Both the position numbers and the translations under genes were made by a program. From NCBI GenBank assembly GCA_045561295.1, contig JBJKYD010000012.1:27690-91689 (forward strand): a stretch of DNA of 64,000 nt, given 5' to 3'. Below are positions 1 to 10,350 of this stretch, piece by piece (the stretch's first letter is position 1; each line of letters begins with the position of its first letter). The notes beneath the pieces are model-generated. The model was not told the DNA's origin and did not search any database. It saw nothing but the letters and a program-made list of their open reading frames with translations. Source of the DNA: Gammaproteobacteria bacterium (GTDB lineage: Bacteria > Pseudomonadota > Gammaproteobacteria > GCA-002705445 > GCA-002716945).

Positions 1-216
1 AAGAGCCTAGAGGGTAAAGATTCGTTATTATCTATCCTGCAGATGCCAGCTGGAATTCCAGTAGCTACAGTTGCAATAGGTAAAGCAGGATCTATAAACG
101 CAGGTCTACTCGCAGCCTCTATATTAAGTATAAAATATCCTAATATAAATAAAAAACTTTTAGAATTTAGGAAAAAACAAACAAAACGTGTACTAAAAGC
201 AAGTAAGTTACTCTAA
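1..216 (+). CDS. purE: N5-CAIR mutase, 3' part only
   Basis: Frame 1 reads ...[21 protein letters not shown]...; its TAA overlaps the purK ATG. Confidence 0.95.
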   Translation, partial: KSLEGKDSLLSILQMPAGIPVATVAIGKAGSINAGLLAASILSIKYPNINKKLLEFRKKQTKRVLKASKLL

Positions 217-1298
217 TGAAAATAGCTATATTTGGTGCTGGTCAGCTGGCTATGATGATGATAGAAGAGTCATCCAAATTAAATCATGATTTCATAGTTG
301 TAGATCCTTCTCGAAATCCACCTGCAGGTAAACATGCTAAACATCTACAAACTGATTATACTGACCAAAAGACATTAGATTATATTGTTGCTAACTATGA
401 TGTTGCAACTATAGACTTTGAAAACGTAGATATATCTGCAATGAGGTTTTTAGAGAAGAAAATTAAAGTCTTCCCTCCCACTAAAGCGCTTGAGGTATGT
501 CAAGATAGACTTCTGGAGAAAAATCTTTTTAGAGAATTGAATATCAATGTTACTGAATATAAAGAAATAAAAAACATATCAGATTTAAAAAATTATTGTC
601 AGGGAAATGAATCGAGGTATTTACTTAAATCTAGAAGATTTGGATATGATGGAAAAAATCAACTAAAATGTAACTCGAAAATAGATTTACTAGAAAAGCT
701 TCTATCAGAGTGCTCGTGTATAGTTGAAGAGATTGTAGATTTCTCAACTGAAGTATCATTAGTTTGCGTAAGACAGGAAGATAATAATATAGTTTTCTAT
801 CCTCTTATCGAAAATTTCCATGAAGATGGAATCTTAAGATATAGTAAATTCCCTTATATAAATAAAGAATTACAAGATACTGCAGAGAAGTATGGAAAAG
901 AGCTGCTAAATTATTTTAAATATGTAGGTGTTCTGGTAGTTGAGTTTTTTATATCAAAGGACGGAAAATTAGTAGCTAATGAAATGGCTCCCCGCGTTCA
1001 TAATTCAGGCCATTGGTCAATAGAGGGCTCCTCTACAAGTCAATTTGAACTTCATGTGAGAGCAATTACTGGGAATCTAGACAACAATCCGATTAACTTC
1101 AAATCTTCACTGATGTTTAATATATTATCAAAATATCCGGATGATAATATATTGAATGACCTAGAGTCACATTATTTTCACAGTTATGATAAAGAAGAGA
1201 GGAATTTGAGAAAACTTGGACACATAACTATTACTAAAAATAGTGCTGAGCAGCTAGAATCAATTCTACCAGAGTGTTTAAAAGTGTTAGTTAATTAA
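216..1298 (+). CDS. purK: N5-CAIR synthetase
   Basis: GAGQLA, GYDGKNQ, NEMAPRVHNSGHWS, RKLGH motifs; follows purE. Confidence 0.95.
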   Translation: MKIAIFGAGQLAMMMIEESSKLNHDFIVVDPSRNPPAGKHAKHLQTDYTDQKTLDYIVANYDVATIDFENVDISAMRFLEKKIKVFPPTKALEVCQDRLLEKNLFRELNINVTEYKEIKNISDLKNYCQGNESRYLLKSRRFGYDGKNQLKCNSKIDLLEKLLSECSCIVEEIVDFSTEVSLVCVRQEDNNIVFYPLIENFHEDGILRYSKFPYINKELQDTAEKYGKELLNYFKYVGVLVVEFFISKDGKLVANEMAPRVHNSGHWSIEGSSTSQFELHVRAITGNLDNNPINFKSSLMFNILSKYPDDNILNDLESHYFHSYDKEERNLRKLGHITITKNSAEQLESILPECLKVLVN

Positions 1299-2716
1299 TT
1301 TTTCAAAAGATTTTTCTTAGCTAAGATTTTACCCTCTTCAACACCCCACTGATCATAGCTATTTATGTTCCATATCACACCCTCAACGAAGACTTTATGT
1401 TCATACATACTTATAATTTTGCCTATCCTATCCGGAGAAATTCTATCTAGAGAAATTAAATTAGATGGCGAATTACCATTTAGTGATTTGTATAAATATT
1501 GTTTTTTCTTACCTTTAAGTAGTAAATCTGCTTGAGCATGAACATTGGCTGCCAGAAATCTATTTGAATTAGTATTGGGTTTCTTAACATATATGAAATC
1601 AAAATATACATTTAAGGTTCCTTGGTGTGCAGCTTGAAAAAAAGAATGTTGACATTCCGTACCAGACGTACCAAAAACTATAGGTGATGTCATATTCAAG
1701 GTATGTTCAAAATTATTTGTCATTGATTTCCCATTACTTTCCATCTCGATTTGTTGGATATAATTTGAAATATTTCTAAGTCTGTATGAGTAAGGAACAA
1801 TTACGTTTCCATGTTTAGAAAGACAATTGATATTCCAAATATTAATTAGAGCTAAGTTAATAGGTAAATTAGATTCAATTTTAGCTTTTAAAAAATGTGA
1901 ATCCATTGATCTTATTCCTTTGACAAATTTTATGTAATTTTCTATGCCTATTTCAAACATATTAATCAAAGTAACTGGCGAAGCAATTGAAAATCTGCCA
2001 GGGATTGTTTTTGGAAAGGAAAAGATATTTTTAGGTAAAAAATTTAGAGATTTACATAATAGCTTATTTGACGAGACTGCTATAAATTGGTTTTTATAAA
2101 TATAATCCGCTTGGTCAGAGAGATTTTTCTCTAAATAATTATCAATAAATAATTTTATTCTCATCGTTTCATCAGTCTTAAAGCTTTTAGAAACAAAAAT
2201 AAATAGTGTACGCTCTACATCTATTTTTTTAATTAGATCAGCTATTTCATCAGTATCTCCACTTGAGATAAAATATGTTACAAAATCATTTCTTTTAAAA
2301 TTTTCTAATGCTTCTGATAAAAATCTTGGTCCCAAAATAGAACCTCCGATACCAATATGAATGACAGTATCAATTTTATTCCCATTAGAACTTTTAATTT
2401 TATTTTCTTTAATCTGTAAGTAAAATTTAGACATTTTCTCTATAGCTTTGTCATACATTTGGCTATTACGATAATGTATAAATGAAACTTTTTGTGATTC
2501 AGTTTTACTTATTAGCTTATTTGTAAAAAGTTTTTTTCTTTTTTCCAAAAATTTATTCACTGTCAGCAAAGATTTCATTTTTATAAAAACATCACTGTTA
2601 ATAAAGTTCCTAGACAAATCAAGAGTGATTCCGCTGAATGTTTTATTCTTTAAAAGTGTACTTCTTCCTTTTTTTGATTTGGATGAAATATTTCTTAGCC
2701 GATCTTTGATATCCAC
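1295..2716 (-). CDS. pgi: Glucose-6-phosphate isomerase (divergent, short)
   Basis: IGIGGS.LGP, SKSFKT.ET, QQIEMESNGK, QHSFFQ..HQG, DQWGVE.GK. Confidence 0.9.
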   Translation of the reverse strand: MDIKDRLRNISSKSKKGRSTLLKNKTFSGITLDLSRNFINSDVFIKMKSLLTVNKFLEKRKKLFTNKLISKTESQKVSFIHYRNSQMYDKAIEKMSKFYLQIKENKIKSSNGNKIDTVIHIGIGGSILGPRFLSEALENFKRNDFVTYFISSGDTDEIADLIKKIDVERTLFIFVSKSFKTDETMRIKLFIDNYLEKNLSDQADYIYKNQFIAVSSNKLLCKSLNFLPKNIFSFPKTIPGRFSIASPVTLINMFEIGIENYIKFVKGIRSMDSHFLKAKIESNLPINLALINIWNINCLSKHGNVIVPYSYRLRNISNYIQQIEMESNGKSMTNNFEHTLNMTSPIVFGTSGTECQHSFFQAAHQGTLNVYFDFIYVKKPNTNSNRFLAANVHAQADLLLKGKKKQYLYKSLNGNSPSNLISLDRISPDRIGKIISMYEHKVFVEGVIWNINSYDQWGVEEGKILAKKNLLKN

Positions 2717-2718
2717 AG

Positions 2719-3099
2719 CTATATGGCGTTAAGTTTTTGGTTTATGGGTTTATCAATAATTTGATTTGATTGATTTACATATATTATTGTTGGTACATGA
2801 TTTATGCGTTCATTTTCATTCAACATTGTGTAACTACAGATTATTATTTCATCATTTACCTTAATCTTATGACAACATGCGCCGTTAATTCCAATAATTC
2901 CTGTATCGGGCTTGCCAGCAATAGCATATGTAGATAATCTCTCGCCATTGGTAATATCATAGATATCTATCTTTTCATAAGGATCTATATTTGCTGCTTT
3001 TAAAAGAGCCACATCAATTTCACAAGATCCTTCATAGTCAATGTTTGAGTTTGTTACCGTTGCCTTATGTATTTTTGAATTTAAGTACTGCCTCTCCAT
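2719..3099 (-). CDS. panD: Aspartate 1-decarboxylase
   Basis: SKIHKATVT...YEGSC self-cleavage site, NGERLSTYAI. Confidence 0.95.
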   Translation of the reverse strand: MERQYLNSKIHKATVTNSNIDYEGSCEIDVALLKAANIDPYEKIDIYDITNGERLSTYAIAGKPDTGIIGINGACCHKIKVNDEIIICSYTMLNENERINHVPTIIYVNQSNQIIDKPINQKLNAI

Positions 3100-3134
3100 G
3101 AATTTATATTACTATCTTTTTTATGTGATTATAA

Positions 3135-3962
3135 CTAAATTTCAATATTATCTATTAGTCTAATGTTATCTATATAACAAGCAATAAAAATTCCACATGG
3201 GTGATTAATATTTACTTGCTCTTTTAATGTATCTAGACGTCTTAAATCTAAGTACTCGACTGATATATTATTATCTTCTAAGTCTAATAAACTACTTTCT
3301 TTAACAGCATTATATTCCAATCCGCTAAGTAATTTTTTTTTCATTGTCATCAATGTTTGAAAAATCAATTTAACTTGATGAATTGATTCGCAAGATACTT
3401 TACTTAATCTTGAACTGAGAGCAATATTATTTGAGTCTCTTACAGTATCAACATCAATGATTTTCAATTTTGGAAAATAGGTACTAGCTATATATTTTAC
3501 CAATAAAAGTTGTTGAAAATCTTTCTTACCAAAGTATGCATAATTTGGCTCAATTATTTCAAAAAGTAATTTAACTATCCTAAATACACCCGAGAAATGT
3601 CCCGGTCTATTTGCCCCGCACATATATGATGTAAATTTAGGAAGGTCATTTTTATCACCATCAAGCTGTTTGCATATGACAGAGTTATCGGGAGTAAATA
3701 CTAGATCTACATTATTATCTTCACAAATAGATAAATCATTAGCTAGGGTTCTTGGATAGCTTATATAGTCATTTCTATCATTGAATTGAAGTTCATTGAC
3801 ATATATTGAAACAATTTTTAGTGAAGAACTTGATGCGCTGTTAATAAGCTTTAAGTGACCAGAATGAATATTTCCCATTGTAGGAATTAATGATATTGTC
3901 TCATCAGATTTATGATCGTTTATGAAAGATTTTGTATCATCTAGAGAACTTATTACTTTCAT
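3135..3962 (-). CDS. panC: Pantoate-beta-alanine ligase
   Basis: PTMGNIHSGH, RPGHFSGV, FGKKDFQQ, RLIDN. Confidence 0.95.
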   Translation of the reverse strand: MKVISSLDDTKSFINDHKSDETISLIPTMGNIHSGHLKLINSASSSSLKIVSIYVNELQFNDRNDYISYPRTLANDLSICEDNNVDLVFTPDNSVICKQLDGDKNDLPKFTSYMCGANRPGHFSGVFRIVKLLFEIIEPNYAYFGKKDFQQLLLVKYIASTYFPKLKIIDVDTVRDSNNIALSSRLSKVSCESIHQVKLIFQTLMTMKKKLLSGLEYNAVKESSLLDLEDNNISVEYLDLRRLDTLKEQVNINHPCGIFIACYIDNIRLIDNIEI

Positions 3963-3965
3963 AAC

Positions 3966-4709
3966 CTAGGTTTTTTTTATGAACGCTTGTATTACTTTAT
4001 TTATGACTTTTTCATTTTTTTTAGTAAGTGATGTAATTTTATTAAAACTAATCCCTAAGAGATCATAGATGACAGCAACCTGTCCATCTAGACCTAAGCC
4101 TGAGCCAATACCTATAACTGGACAACTGCATGTGTTTGCTATTTTTCTAGCTAACGCAACTTCTACACATTCTAAAAGAATAATTTTAGCTCCGATTTCA
4201 TCACAGAATATTGCATTATTATATATCGAGTTAGCTTCCTTTTTAGTTTTACCATATTTTCTAAATCCTGACTTATTTTTTACCGATTGTGGCAAAAGGC
4301 CTAGATGACCACATATAGGTATATTTTTTTGAACAAGATATTTAACAATATCTAAGTTATCAGAATTAACTTCAATTTTTATAAGATCAGCTAGGTTATT
4401 GTTTATTAATTTTTTTGAATTTTTGCATGCAGTCGATTTAGTATTATAAGTATTTTTTGGAAGATCAACCATAACAGTTGCTTTATTAGTACCTGAAGTG
4501 ACACATTTTGCGTGATAAATTATTTCCTCAAATGAAACATTGTGCGTAGATTTATCACCTTTAATAACCTGCCCCAAAGAATCGCCTACAAGTACAATAT
4601 TAACTCCTTGGGTTTCAAGATATTTAGCTATGCTTGCATCATAAGCAGTGACACATGAAAGCGAAGTCCCATTTCTGTAAGACTTTAATAAATTGTCTAA
4701 AGCAGTCAT
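3966..4709 (-). CDS. panB: 3-methyl-2-oxobutanoate hydroxymethyltransferase
   Basis: TAYDA, LVGDSLG, CGHLGLLPQ, IGIGSG...DGQV. Confidence 0.95.
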   Translation of the reverse strand: MTALDNLLKSYRNGTSLSCVTAYDASIAKYLETQGVNIVLVGDSLGQVIKGDKSTHNVSFEEIIYHAKCVTSGTNKATVMVDLPKNTYNTKSTACKNSKKLINNNLADLIKIEVNSDNLDIVKYLVQKNIPICGHLGLLPQSVKNKSGFRKYGKTKKEANSIYNNAIFCDEIGAKIILLECVEVALARKIANTCSCPVIGIGSGLGLDGQVAVIYDLLGISFNKITSLTKKNEKVINKVIQAFIKKT

Positions 4710-5338
4710 TATTTTATTGAAGAAGGATTGAAATATTTTTTACCATTGATATCAGATGATATTTCTTCTATCAATAACTGATAATCATTCTGATCATTTA
4801 TATTTACATTGGAAGTGTTAATTATCAGAACAGGTGACGATGTGTATTCGTGGAAATGTTTCATATATAGATCATTAACAGATTCTATATATTTTTTTTT
4901 TATATTTTTTTCTACATCCAAGCCTCGTTTCTTAATTCTTTCAATTAATATATCTGTTGAGGCTTGAAGATAAATAATCAAATCTGGTAAAGGTGGAATA
5001 AAATTAAGCTTTTGACGGATACTACTGTACATTTCAAATTCTAGCTCTGATAAATTCAATTTAGCGAATAACTCATCTTTACCAAAATAGAAGTCAGATA
5101 TTAGCATATCATTTGTTCTATTGATTTTTTCAGATTGATCGATTCTTTTTAAAAGAAAATATAGCTGCGTAGAAAAAGAATTGCTCTGATTTTCATCATA
5201 AAATTTTTTTAAGAATGGATTATCAGCATAATCTTCAAATAGTGTCTGGCATTTCATGGTATTAGATATAGTTTTAGCCAATGTAGTCTTACCAACACCG
5301 ATTGCACCTTCTATAGCAATATATTTGTTATTTATCAT
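4709..5338 (-). CDS. Deoxynucleoside kinase
   Basis: IAIEGAIGVGKTT P-loop, PDLIIYLQA; typical position between folK and panB. Confidence 0.9.
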   Translation of the reverse strand: MINNKYIAIEGAIGVGKTTLAKTISNTMKCQTLFEDYADNPFLKKFYDENQSNSFSTQLYFLLKRIDQSEKINRTNDMLISDFYFGKDELFAKLNLSELEFEMYSSIRQKLNFIPPLPDLIIYLQASTDILIERIKKRGLDVEKNIKKKYIESVNDLYMKHFHEYTSSPVLIINTSNVNINDQNDYQLLIEEISSDINGKKYFNPSSIK

Positions 5339-5793
5339 TATAAGTTTTTAATTAAATTTGAAACTTTGCCATATTTTGGTATTTCATAACCATAGTTTGT
5401 TATTTCATATAACGGTATTAAGACAAACTCTCTATATTCTAGCCCTGGATGAGGAATTGTTAGATTTTTTGACTCCATAGTAATTCTATTATAAATCAGT
5501 ATATCTAAATCTATGCTTCTGGGTCCCCACTTTTTTGTCCTTTTCCTATTATGTTGTTTCTCAAGTCCTTGAAGTTCATCCAATAATTCATGTGGATTCA
5601 AATTTGTTTTAATTTCTATTACAGCGTTAATAAAATTAGGCTGACTTTGAGGTCCTAGAGGTTTCGTTTCGTATAAGCTTGATTTTTTTAAAATTCTAGT
5701 AGATTTAATTCGATTTATTTGTTTTAAAACAGAATATATTCTGAAGTAAGGATGATTTTTATTACTTCCTATACCTATGAAAACTTGATTCAA
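5338..5793 (-). CDS. folK: HPPK (folate synthesis)
   Basis: IGIGSN, SSLYETKP, KWGPRSIDLDIL, IPHP...REFVL.P. Confidence 0.95.
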   Translation of the reverse strand: MNQVFIGIGSNKNHPYFRIYSVLKQINRIKSTRILKKSSLYETKPLGPQSQPNFINAVIEIKTNLNPHELLDELQGLEKQHNRKRTKKWGPRSIDLDILIYNRITMESKNLTIPHPGLEYREFVLIPLYEITNYGYEIPKYGKVSNLIKNL

Positions 5794-5803
5794 TTTTTAG
5801 TGC

Positions 5804-6148
5804 TTAGTTAAGCTTTTCTTTAATCCTTGCAGATTTTCCAGATCTTTCACGTAAATAATACAACTTAGCCCTTCTTACAGCTCCCTTACGTTTGACTTGG
5901 ATTTTATCAATGATAGGGCTGTGAGTTTGGAAAACTCTTTCAACGCCTTCTCCGTATGAGATTTTTCTAACAGTAAACGATGAACTGATGCCTCTATTTT
6001 TTACTGCTACTACCACGCCTTCAAATGCTTGAATACGTTCTCTTTTGCCCTCTTTAACTTTTACAGACACAACAATAGTGTCTCCAGATGAGAAATTCGG
6101 GACAGATTTAATCTGTCTTGTTGTGATATTTTCAATTATTTTACTCAT
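5804..6148 (-). CDS. rplS: 50S ribosomal protein L19
   Basis: [33 protein letters not shown]. Confidence 0.98.
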   Translation of the reverse strand: MSKIIENITTRQIKSVPNFSSGDTIVVSVKVKEGKRERIQAFEGVVVAVKNRGISSSFTVRKISYGEGVERVFQTHSPIIDKIQVKRKGAVRRAKLYYLRERSGKSARIKEKLN

Positions 6149-6881
6149 TTTCTTTAGCTTTTAACTCAGTAATAAATTCTTGCAGTAGTCTATCATCTTC
6201 TTTTGTAAGTTTCACGTTTTTTAACAAGTCTGGCCTTTTTACAAATGTTGCTCCTAGTGCCTGCTTTCGTCTCCATGACATAATTTCTCTATGATTGCCG
6301 GAAAGAAGAGTATCAGGCACAGACATGTCATCAATAATTTCTGGCTTAGTATAATGGGGATGATCGAGAATTCCATTATAAAATGAATCATTGTAGATAG
6401 ATTCTATGTCCTCTGCTACTCCCTCTAATAGTCTTGTTACAGACTCTATTATTATAGCTGCAGGCAACTCTCCTCCTGATAAAACATAGTCTCCGATAGA
6501 TATTTCTTCATCTACCAAGTTATCTATAACTCTTTGATCAACGCCCTCATACCTTCCGCATAAAAGAGTAATATTTTTTTCTTTTGATAGTTTTATAAGT
6601 TTTTTTTGATTCAGCGTCTTTCCTTGTGGTGACAAGAAGTAACATTTACCAGATTTTATTGTTTTTAGTGAATCTTTAACTGGCTGATACTGTATGACCA
6701 TGCCAGGTCCACCGCCATATGTTTTAAAGTCCACTCTATTATGTTTATCTTGAGTATGTAATCTAAGATCAATTATGTTTATATGAATTATTTCTTTTTC
6801 AAGGCCTTTTTTAATCAAACCATGTTTATTAAATGATTTAAAAAAATCTGGATAAATAGTTAATATATTAAATTGATTCAT
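6141..6881 (-). CDS. trmD: tRNA (guanine-N1)-methyltransferase
   Basis: [32 protein letters not shown]. Confidence 0.97.
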   Translation of the reverse strand: MNQFNILTIYPDFFKSFNKHGLIKKGLEKEIIHINIIDLRLHTQDKHNRVDFKTYGGGPGMVIQYQPVKDSLKTIKSGKCYFLSPQGKTLNQKKLIKLSKEKNITLLCGRYEGVDQRVIDNLVDEEISIGDYVLSGGELPAAIIIESVTRLLEGVAEDIESIYNDSFYNGILDHPHYTKPEIIDDMSVPDTLLSGNHREIMSWRRKQALGATFVKRPDLLKNVKLTKEDDRLLQEFITELKAKENE

Positions 6882-7362
6882 GTTTTATGATAATTTTTTT
6901 ATTTGGAACTAACGTTATATTATCTTTTATGAGAGCTATGTAAATATATTTATCATTATGCTTTATCGCGAGAACATCATTTGATCCATTATTAAAAATG
7001 AAATCTACCACCCCGAGAAACTTCTTCTCTGATGTCATCACCTCTAAACCTTCGAGCTCCCTCCAATAATATTCCCCATCAACAAGTATAGGCATGTCAG
7101 ATTTATCAATTAGTATATCTTTTCCTAAGATATTTTCTGATGAAGTAATATCATTATAATCCTTGATCTTTATAATAACTTTCTTAGGCATTACTTTAAT
7201 ATCAGTGATGTCAATTTGTCTTATTAGGTCATTTAAAAATATGAAAGTATTATAATTTTTTAAATTCTCTGGAGGATGTGCATAACAATAAATAGATAGC
7301 CACCCATAAATACCATGTGTGGATATAACCTTCCCTATAATTACAGAGTCTCGTTTATTCAT
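6868..7362 (-). CDS. rimM: Ribosome maturation factor RimM
   Basis: IGKVISTHGIYG, GEYYWRELEGL, GSNDV; between rpsP and trmD. Confidence 0.93.
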   Translation of the reverse strand: MNKRDSVIIGKVISTHGIYGWLSIYCYAHPPENLKNYNTFIFLNDLIRQIDITDIKVMPKKVIIKIKDYNDITSSENILGKDILIDKSDMPILVDGEYYWRELEGLEVMTSEKKFLGVVDFIFNNGSNDVLAIKHNDKYIYIALIKDNITLVPNKKIIIKHESI

Positions 7363-7385
7363 GTTTGTGGATAAGTGAGAAAAGG

Positions 7386-7931
7386 TTAAGCTTTGTCTTT
7401 GTCAGTAGATTCCTCGTCGGGTGCTGCTTCAGCTGTTGTTTCTTCAGCGGGTGCTGCTTCAGCTGTTGTTTCTTCAGCGGGTGCTGCTTCAGCTGTTGTT
7501 TCTTCAGCGGGTGCTGCTTCAGTTGTTGTTTCTTCAGCGGGTGCTGCTTCAGCTGTTGTTTCTTCAGCGGGTGCTGCTTCAGTTGTTGTTTCTTCAGCGG
7601 GTGCTGCTTCAGATTCTTTAGCTTTTAATTTTTTACCTTTTATTTTATCTAGAAGAGCACTCTTAATCTTTTTTCTTTTTTCTAAATTATCTGGATCCAA
7701 AGTGTATTTTTGAAGAAGCTTTACTCTATTAGACATTTGAGCGCCTAGATTTACCCAGTGGTCTAATCTATCATGTTTTAAAGTAATACGCTTTTCTGAT
7801 TCTAGATTAGGATCATAGCTTCCAATTCTCTCAATACATTTGCCATCTCTTTTAGCTTTTTGGTCTACAACCACAATATGATAATACGGTCGTTTTTTAC
7901 CTCCGCCTCTTGATAGTCTTACTCTTACCAT
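7386..7931 (-). CDS. rpsP: 30S ribosomal protein S16 with long acidic repeat tail
   Basis: MVRVRLSRGGGKKRPYYHIVV...IERIGSYDP...GAQMS; C-terminal EAAPAEETT(A/T) repeats. Confidence 0.97.
   Translation of the reverse strand: MVRVRLSRGGGKKRPYYHIVVVDQKAKRDGKCIERIGSYDPNLESEKRITLKHDRLDHWVNLGAQMSNRVKLLQKYTLDPDNLEKRKKIKSALLDKIKGKKLKAKESEAAPAEETTTEAAPAEETTAEAAPAEETTTEAAPAEETTAEAAPAEETTAEAAPAEETTAEAAPDEESTDKDKA
7418..7612. repeat. 30-bp tandem repeat, about 6.5 units, inside rpsP
   Basis: cgggtgctgcttcag recurs at 7418, 7448, 7478, 7508, 7538, 7568, 7598. Confidence 0.97.
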
Positions 7932-8111
7932 TTAATCCTCTTATTTTGAACAACGTGATTATAGCACCACAATGTCAAAATACTCAGCTTTTTGACTAAA
8001 AAACATAAAATATTAGTCTAAAAGAGTATTTTTTATATATAATCATCAGAGATGCACCTCAATATAATATGTGAAGCTAAACCATTGAATATCAGCGCTT
8101 TTAAATAGGCA

Positions 8112-8882
8112 ATGACTTATTTGCCTCATATTATTGGAATAATTTATTTTGCCATGTCAGCCTGCTTATTAAATTTATATATGGGCAGAGACTGTAAAAT
8201 ACCATTGAGCATCTCATATCTAAGAGTTATCGGATTATTTCTATTCGGAATATTCGTATTCAACATAGCATACCCTTTTAATATTTTTAGTTTCGTGAGC
8301 GCTTTATTTATTACTCTTTTTATAATTAATATTTTTTATATTATTTTAAATTATTACAGGTCGATAGATTACATAGGATTAATACTTAACCCTATTATAT
8401 TTATATCTTTGCTTTTTTATTTGACTCTTAGTTTTTCATCTAGTGGAACTGAAGTTGAAAAGAATTTATATATTCATATAATTTTTTCACTAGCTTCATA
8501 TGGGTTCCTAGTACTTGCAGGCATGCAAGCATTTATCTTAAAGTATCAAATAAATAGTGTGAAAAATATTCGGAACTCTTCTATATTGAACTCATTTCCA
8601 TCTATTGAGGAAATGGGAAGTATTATGTATCAGTTAATTATTGTAGGGTTCATTTTACTTACGTTGTCTCTTCTCTCTGGACTTCCATATATTTCTAATA
8701 GAGTTGATATAGATATAGAACAAAAAATATTATTTTCCATAATAGCATGGCTGACATTTTTATATTTAGTAATTAAGAAAGCGTATTATGGAATTAAAGA
8801 CATTGCTGCAGCTAACATGACTATTGGTGGTTTAATATTTCTACTTCTTGCATACTTAGGTACAAAGTTACTAATTAACTAA
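8112..8882 (+). CDS. CcsA/YpjD-family inner membrane protein
   Basis: HIIFSLASYG, PSIEEM, LTLSLLSG, LLLAYLGTKL; hydrophobic. Confidence 0.85.
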   Translation: MTYLPHIIGIIYFAMSACLLNLYMGRDCKIPLSISYLRVIGLFLFGIFVFNIAYPFNIFSFVSALFITLFIINIFYIILNYYRSIDYIGLILNPIIFISLLFYLTLSFSSSGTEVEKNLYIHIIFSLASYGFLVLAGMQAFILKYQINSVKNIRNSSILNSFPSIEEMGSIMYQLIIVGFILLTLSLLSGLPYISNRVDIDIEQKILFSIIAWLTFLYLVIKKAYYGIKDIAAANMTIGGLIFLLLAYLGTKLLIN

Positions 8883-8893
8883 AATATATTTAA

Positions 8894-10150
8894 ATGACTA
8901 CTTTATCTATAGATAGCTTATTTCTGATTTTAGTACTTCTACTAGTTCTATCGGCATTTTTCTCTGGCTCAGAAACAGCTTTGATGAGTGTAAATAGATA
9001 TAAACTTAAGCATCGTGTTAAAAAAAAGGATGAATCTGCTTTAAAAGTTAATTACCTATTAAATAATCCTGAAAAGACCTTGGGATTAATTCTTCTATTA
9101 AATAACTTCGTAAATATACTTGCATCAGCAATCACAACTCTTATTGCAATAGAATTATATGGTGATAATGGAGTTGCTATAGCTGCAGGATTTTTAACAT
9201 TCATAATACTAGTTTTTTCAGAGGTGACACCCAAAACATTTGCCTCTCATTACTCTGATAAAATAGCTTATAAAATTTCATTCTTCTTTTATTATAGTCT
9301 AAAGATATTTAATCCAATTGTTAAATTCATAAATTTTTTTTCTAGGATCATACTAATGATATTTGGTTTTGATAAAAAAAAGAATCGTCATGATGATTTG
9401 TCAAATGAAGAAATTAAAACGATCATACAAGAATCGTCAAATAAAATTACAGAAAATTATGAAGAAATGGTTTTAAATCTGCTTGATTTACAAAAAGTGA
9501 GTGTAGAAAATGCTATGATACCTAAAAATGATATAAAAGGTCTTGATATTAATGAAAGTGAGGAAAATATAAATTCTAAATTAATAGATATTAAGCACAC
9601 TAGGCTTCCAGTCTATTCTAAATCATTAAATAATCTCAAAGGTTTTATCAATAAAAAACATGTTCCCGGTTTACTTAAAGAAAATAATATTATTAATATT
9701 AATCAATTGATTTCTTGCTTATCAGAGCCTTATTATATTCCTGAAGATACATCCCTGCTAAGTCAGCTTATTATATTCAAAAAAGAAAAAAAGCGGATTG
9801 GCTGTGTTGTTGATGAATATGGCGATATAAAAGGTATTCTAACTCTAGATGATATTCTTGAAGAAATAGTAGGTGAATACAATGCGGATCAACAGAAAAA
9901 AAATATAGTAAAAACTATTTCTAGGAATCAGATAGAAGTTCATGGATCTGTTCAGCTAAGAGAGGTAAATAAAATTTTATCGCTAAGTCTCTCGGAAAGC
10001 TCAATTACGACGATTAATGGGTATATACTTGAGTCTTTACAGGAGATACCAGAAGTGGGTATGACTTTTAAAAAAGATAATACTATTATAGAAGTTAGAG
10101 AGGTTAATAATAATTTTGTTGAGAAAGCACTAATTACAAAAAAAATATGA
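8894..10150 (+). CDS. HlyC/CorC (CNNM-CBS) family transporter, YfjD-like
   Basis: SAFFSGSETA, FSEVTPKT, VVDEYG..KGILTLDDILEEIVGE. Confidence 0.93.
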   Translation: MTTLSIDSLFLILVLLLVLSAFFSGSETALMSVNRYKLKHRVKKKDESALKVNYLLNNPEKTLGLILLLNNFVNILASAITTLIAIELYGDNGVAIAAGFLTFIILVFSEVTPKTFASHYSDKIAYKISFFFYYSLKIFNPIVKFINFFSRIILMIFGFDKKKNRHDDLSNEEIKTIIQESSNKITENYEEMVLNLLDLQKVSVENAMIPKNDIKGLDINESEENINSKLIDIKHTRLPVYSKSLNNLKGFINKKHVPGLLKENNIININQLISCLSEPYYIPEDTSLLSQLIIFKKEKKRIGCVVDEYGDIKGILTLDDILEEIVGEYNADQQKKNIVKTISRNQIEVHGSVQLREVNKILSLSLSESSITTINGYILESLQEIPEVGMTFKKDNTIIEVREVNNNFVEKALITKKI

Positions 10151-10350
10151 ATAAAAAAGGTAATAAAATAAGTAACTTTGAAGAAGATTTGAAAAAACTT
10201 CAGAGTATCCTGGATGATATTGAGTCAGATAAACTTACTTTAGAAGATTCCATAAAAAAATATAAAGAAGGTATGGAGTTGTCTAAGAAATGTCAAGATG
10301 CTCTTAATGAAGCTAAACAAGTAATAAAAGTACTTGAAGATGAAAAATAA
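10147..10350 (+). CDS. xseB: Exonuclease VII small subunit
   Basis: FEEDLKKLQSIL...LTLEDSIKKYKEGMEL...C..AL..A. Confidence 0.93.
   Translation: MNKKGNKISNFEEDLKKLQSILDDIESDKLTLEDSIKKYKEGMELSKKCQDALNEAKQVIKVLEDEK

Noticed and set aside
7418-7612. Possible CRISPR array
   Set aside because: Contiguous in-frame coding repeat with no unique spacers and no cas genes.
7365-7713. Plus-strand ORFs with CCFFSG, SSAGAASAVV and LLQLLFLQRV repeats
   Set aside because: Antisense readings of the rpsP tandem repeat.
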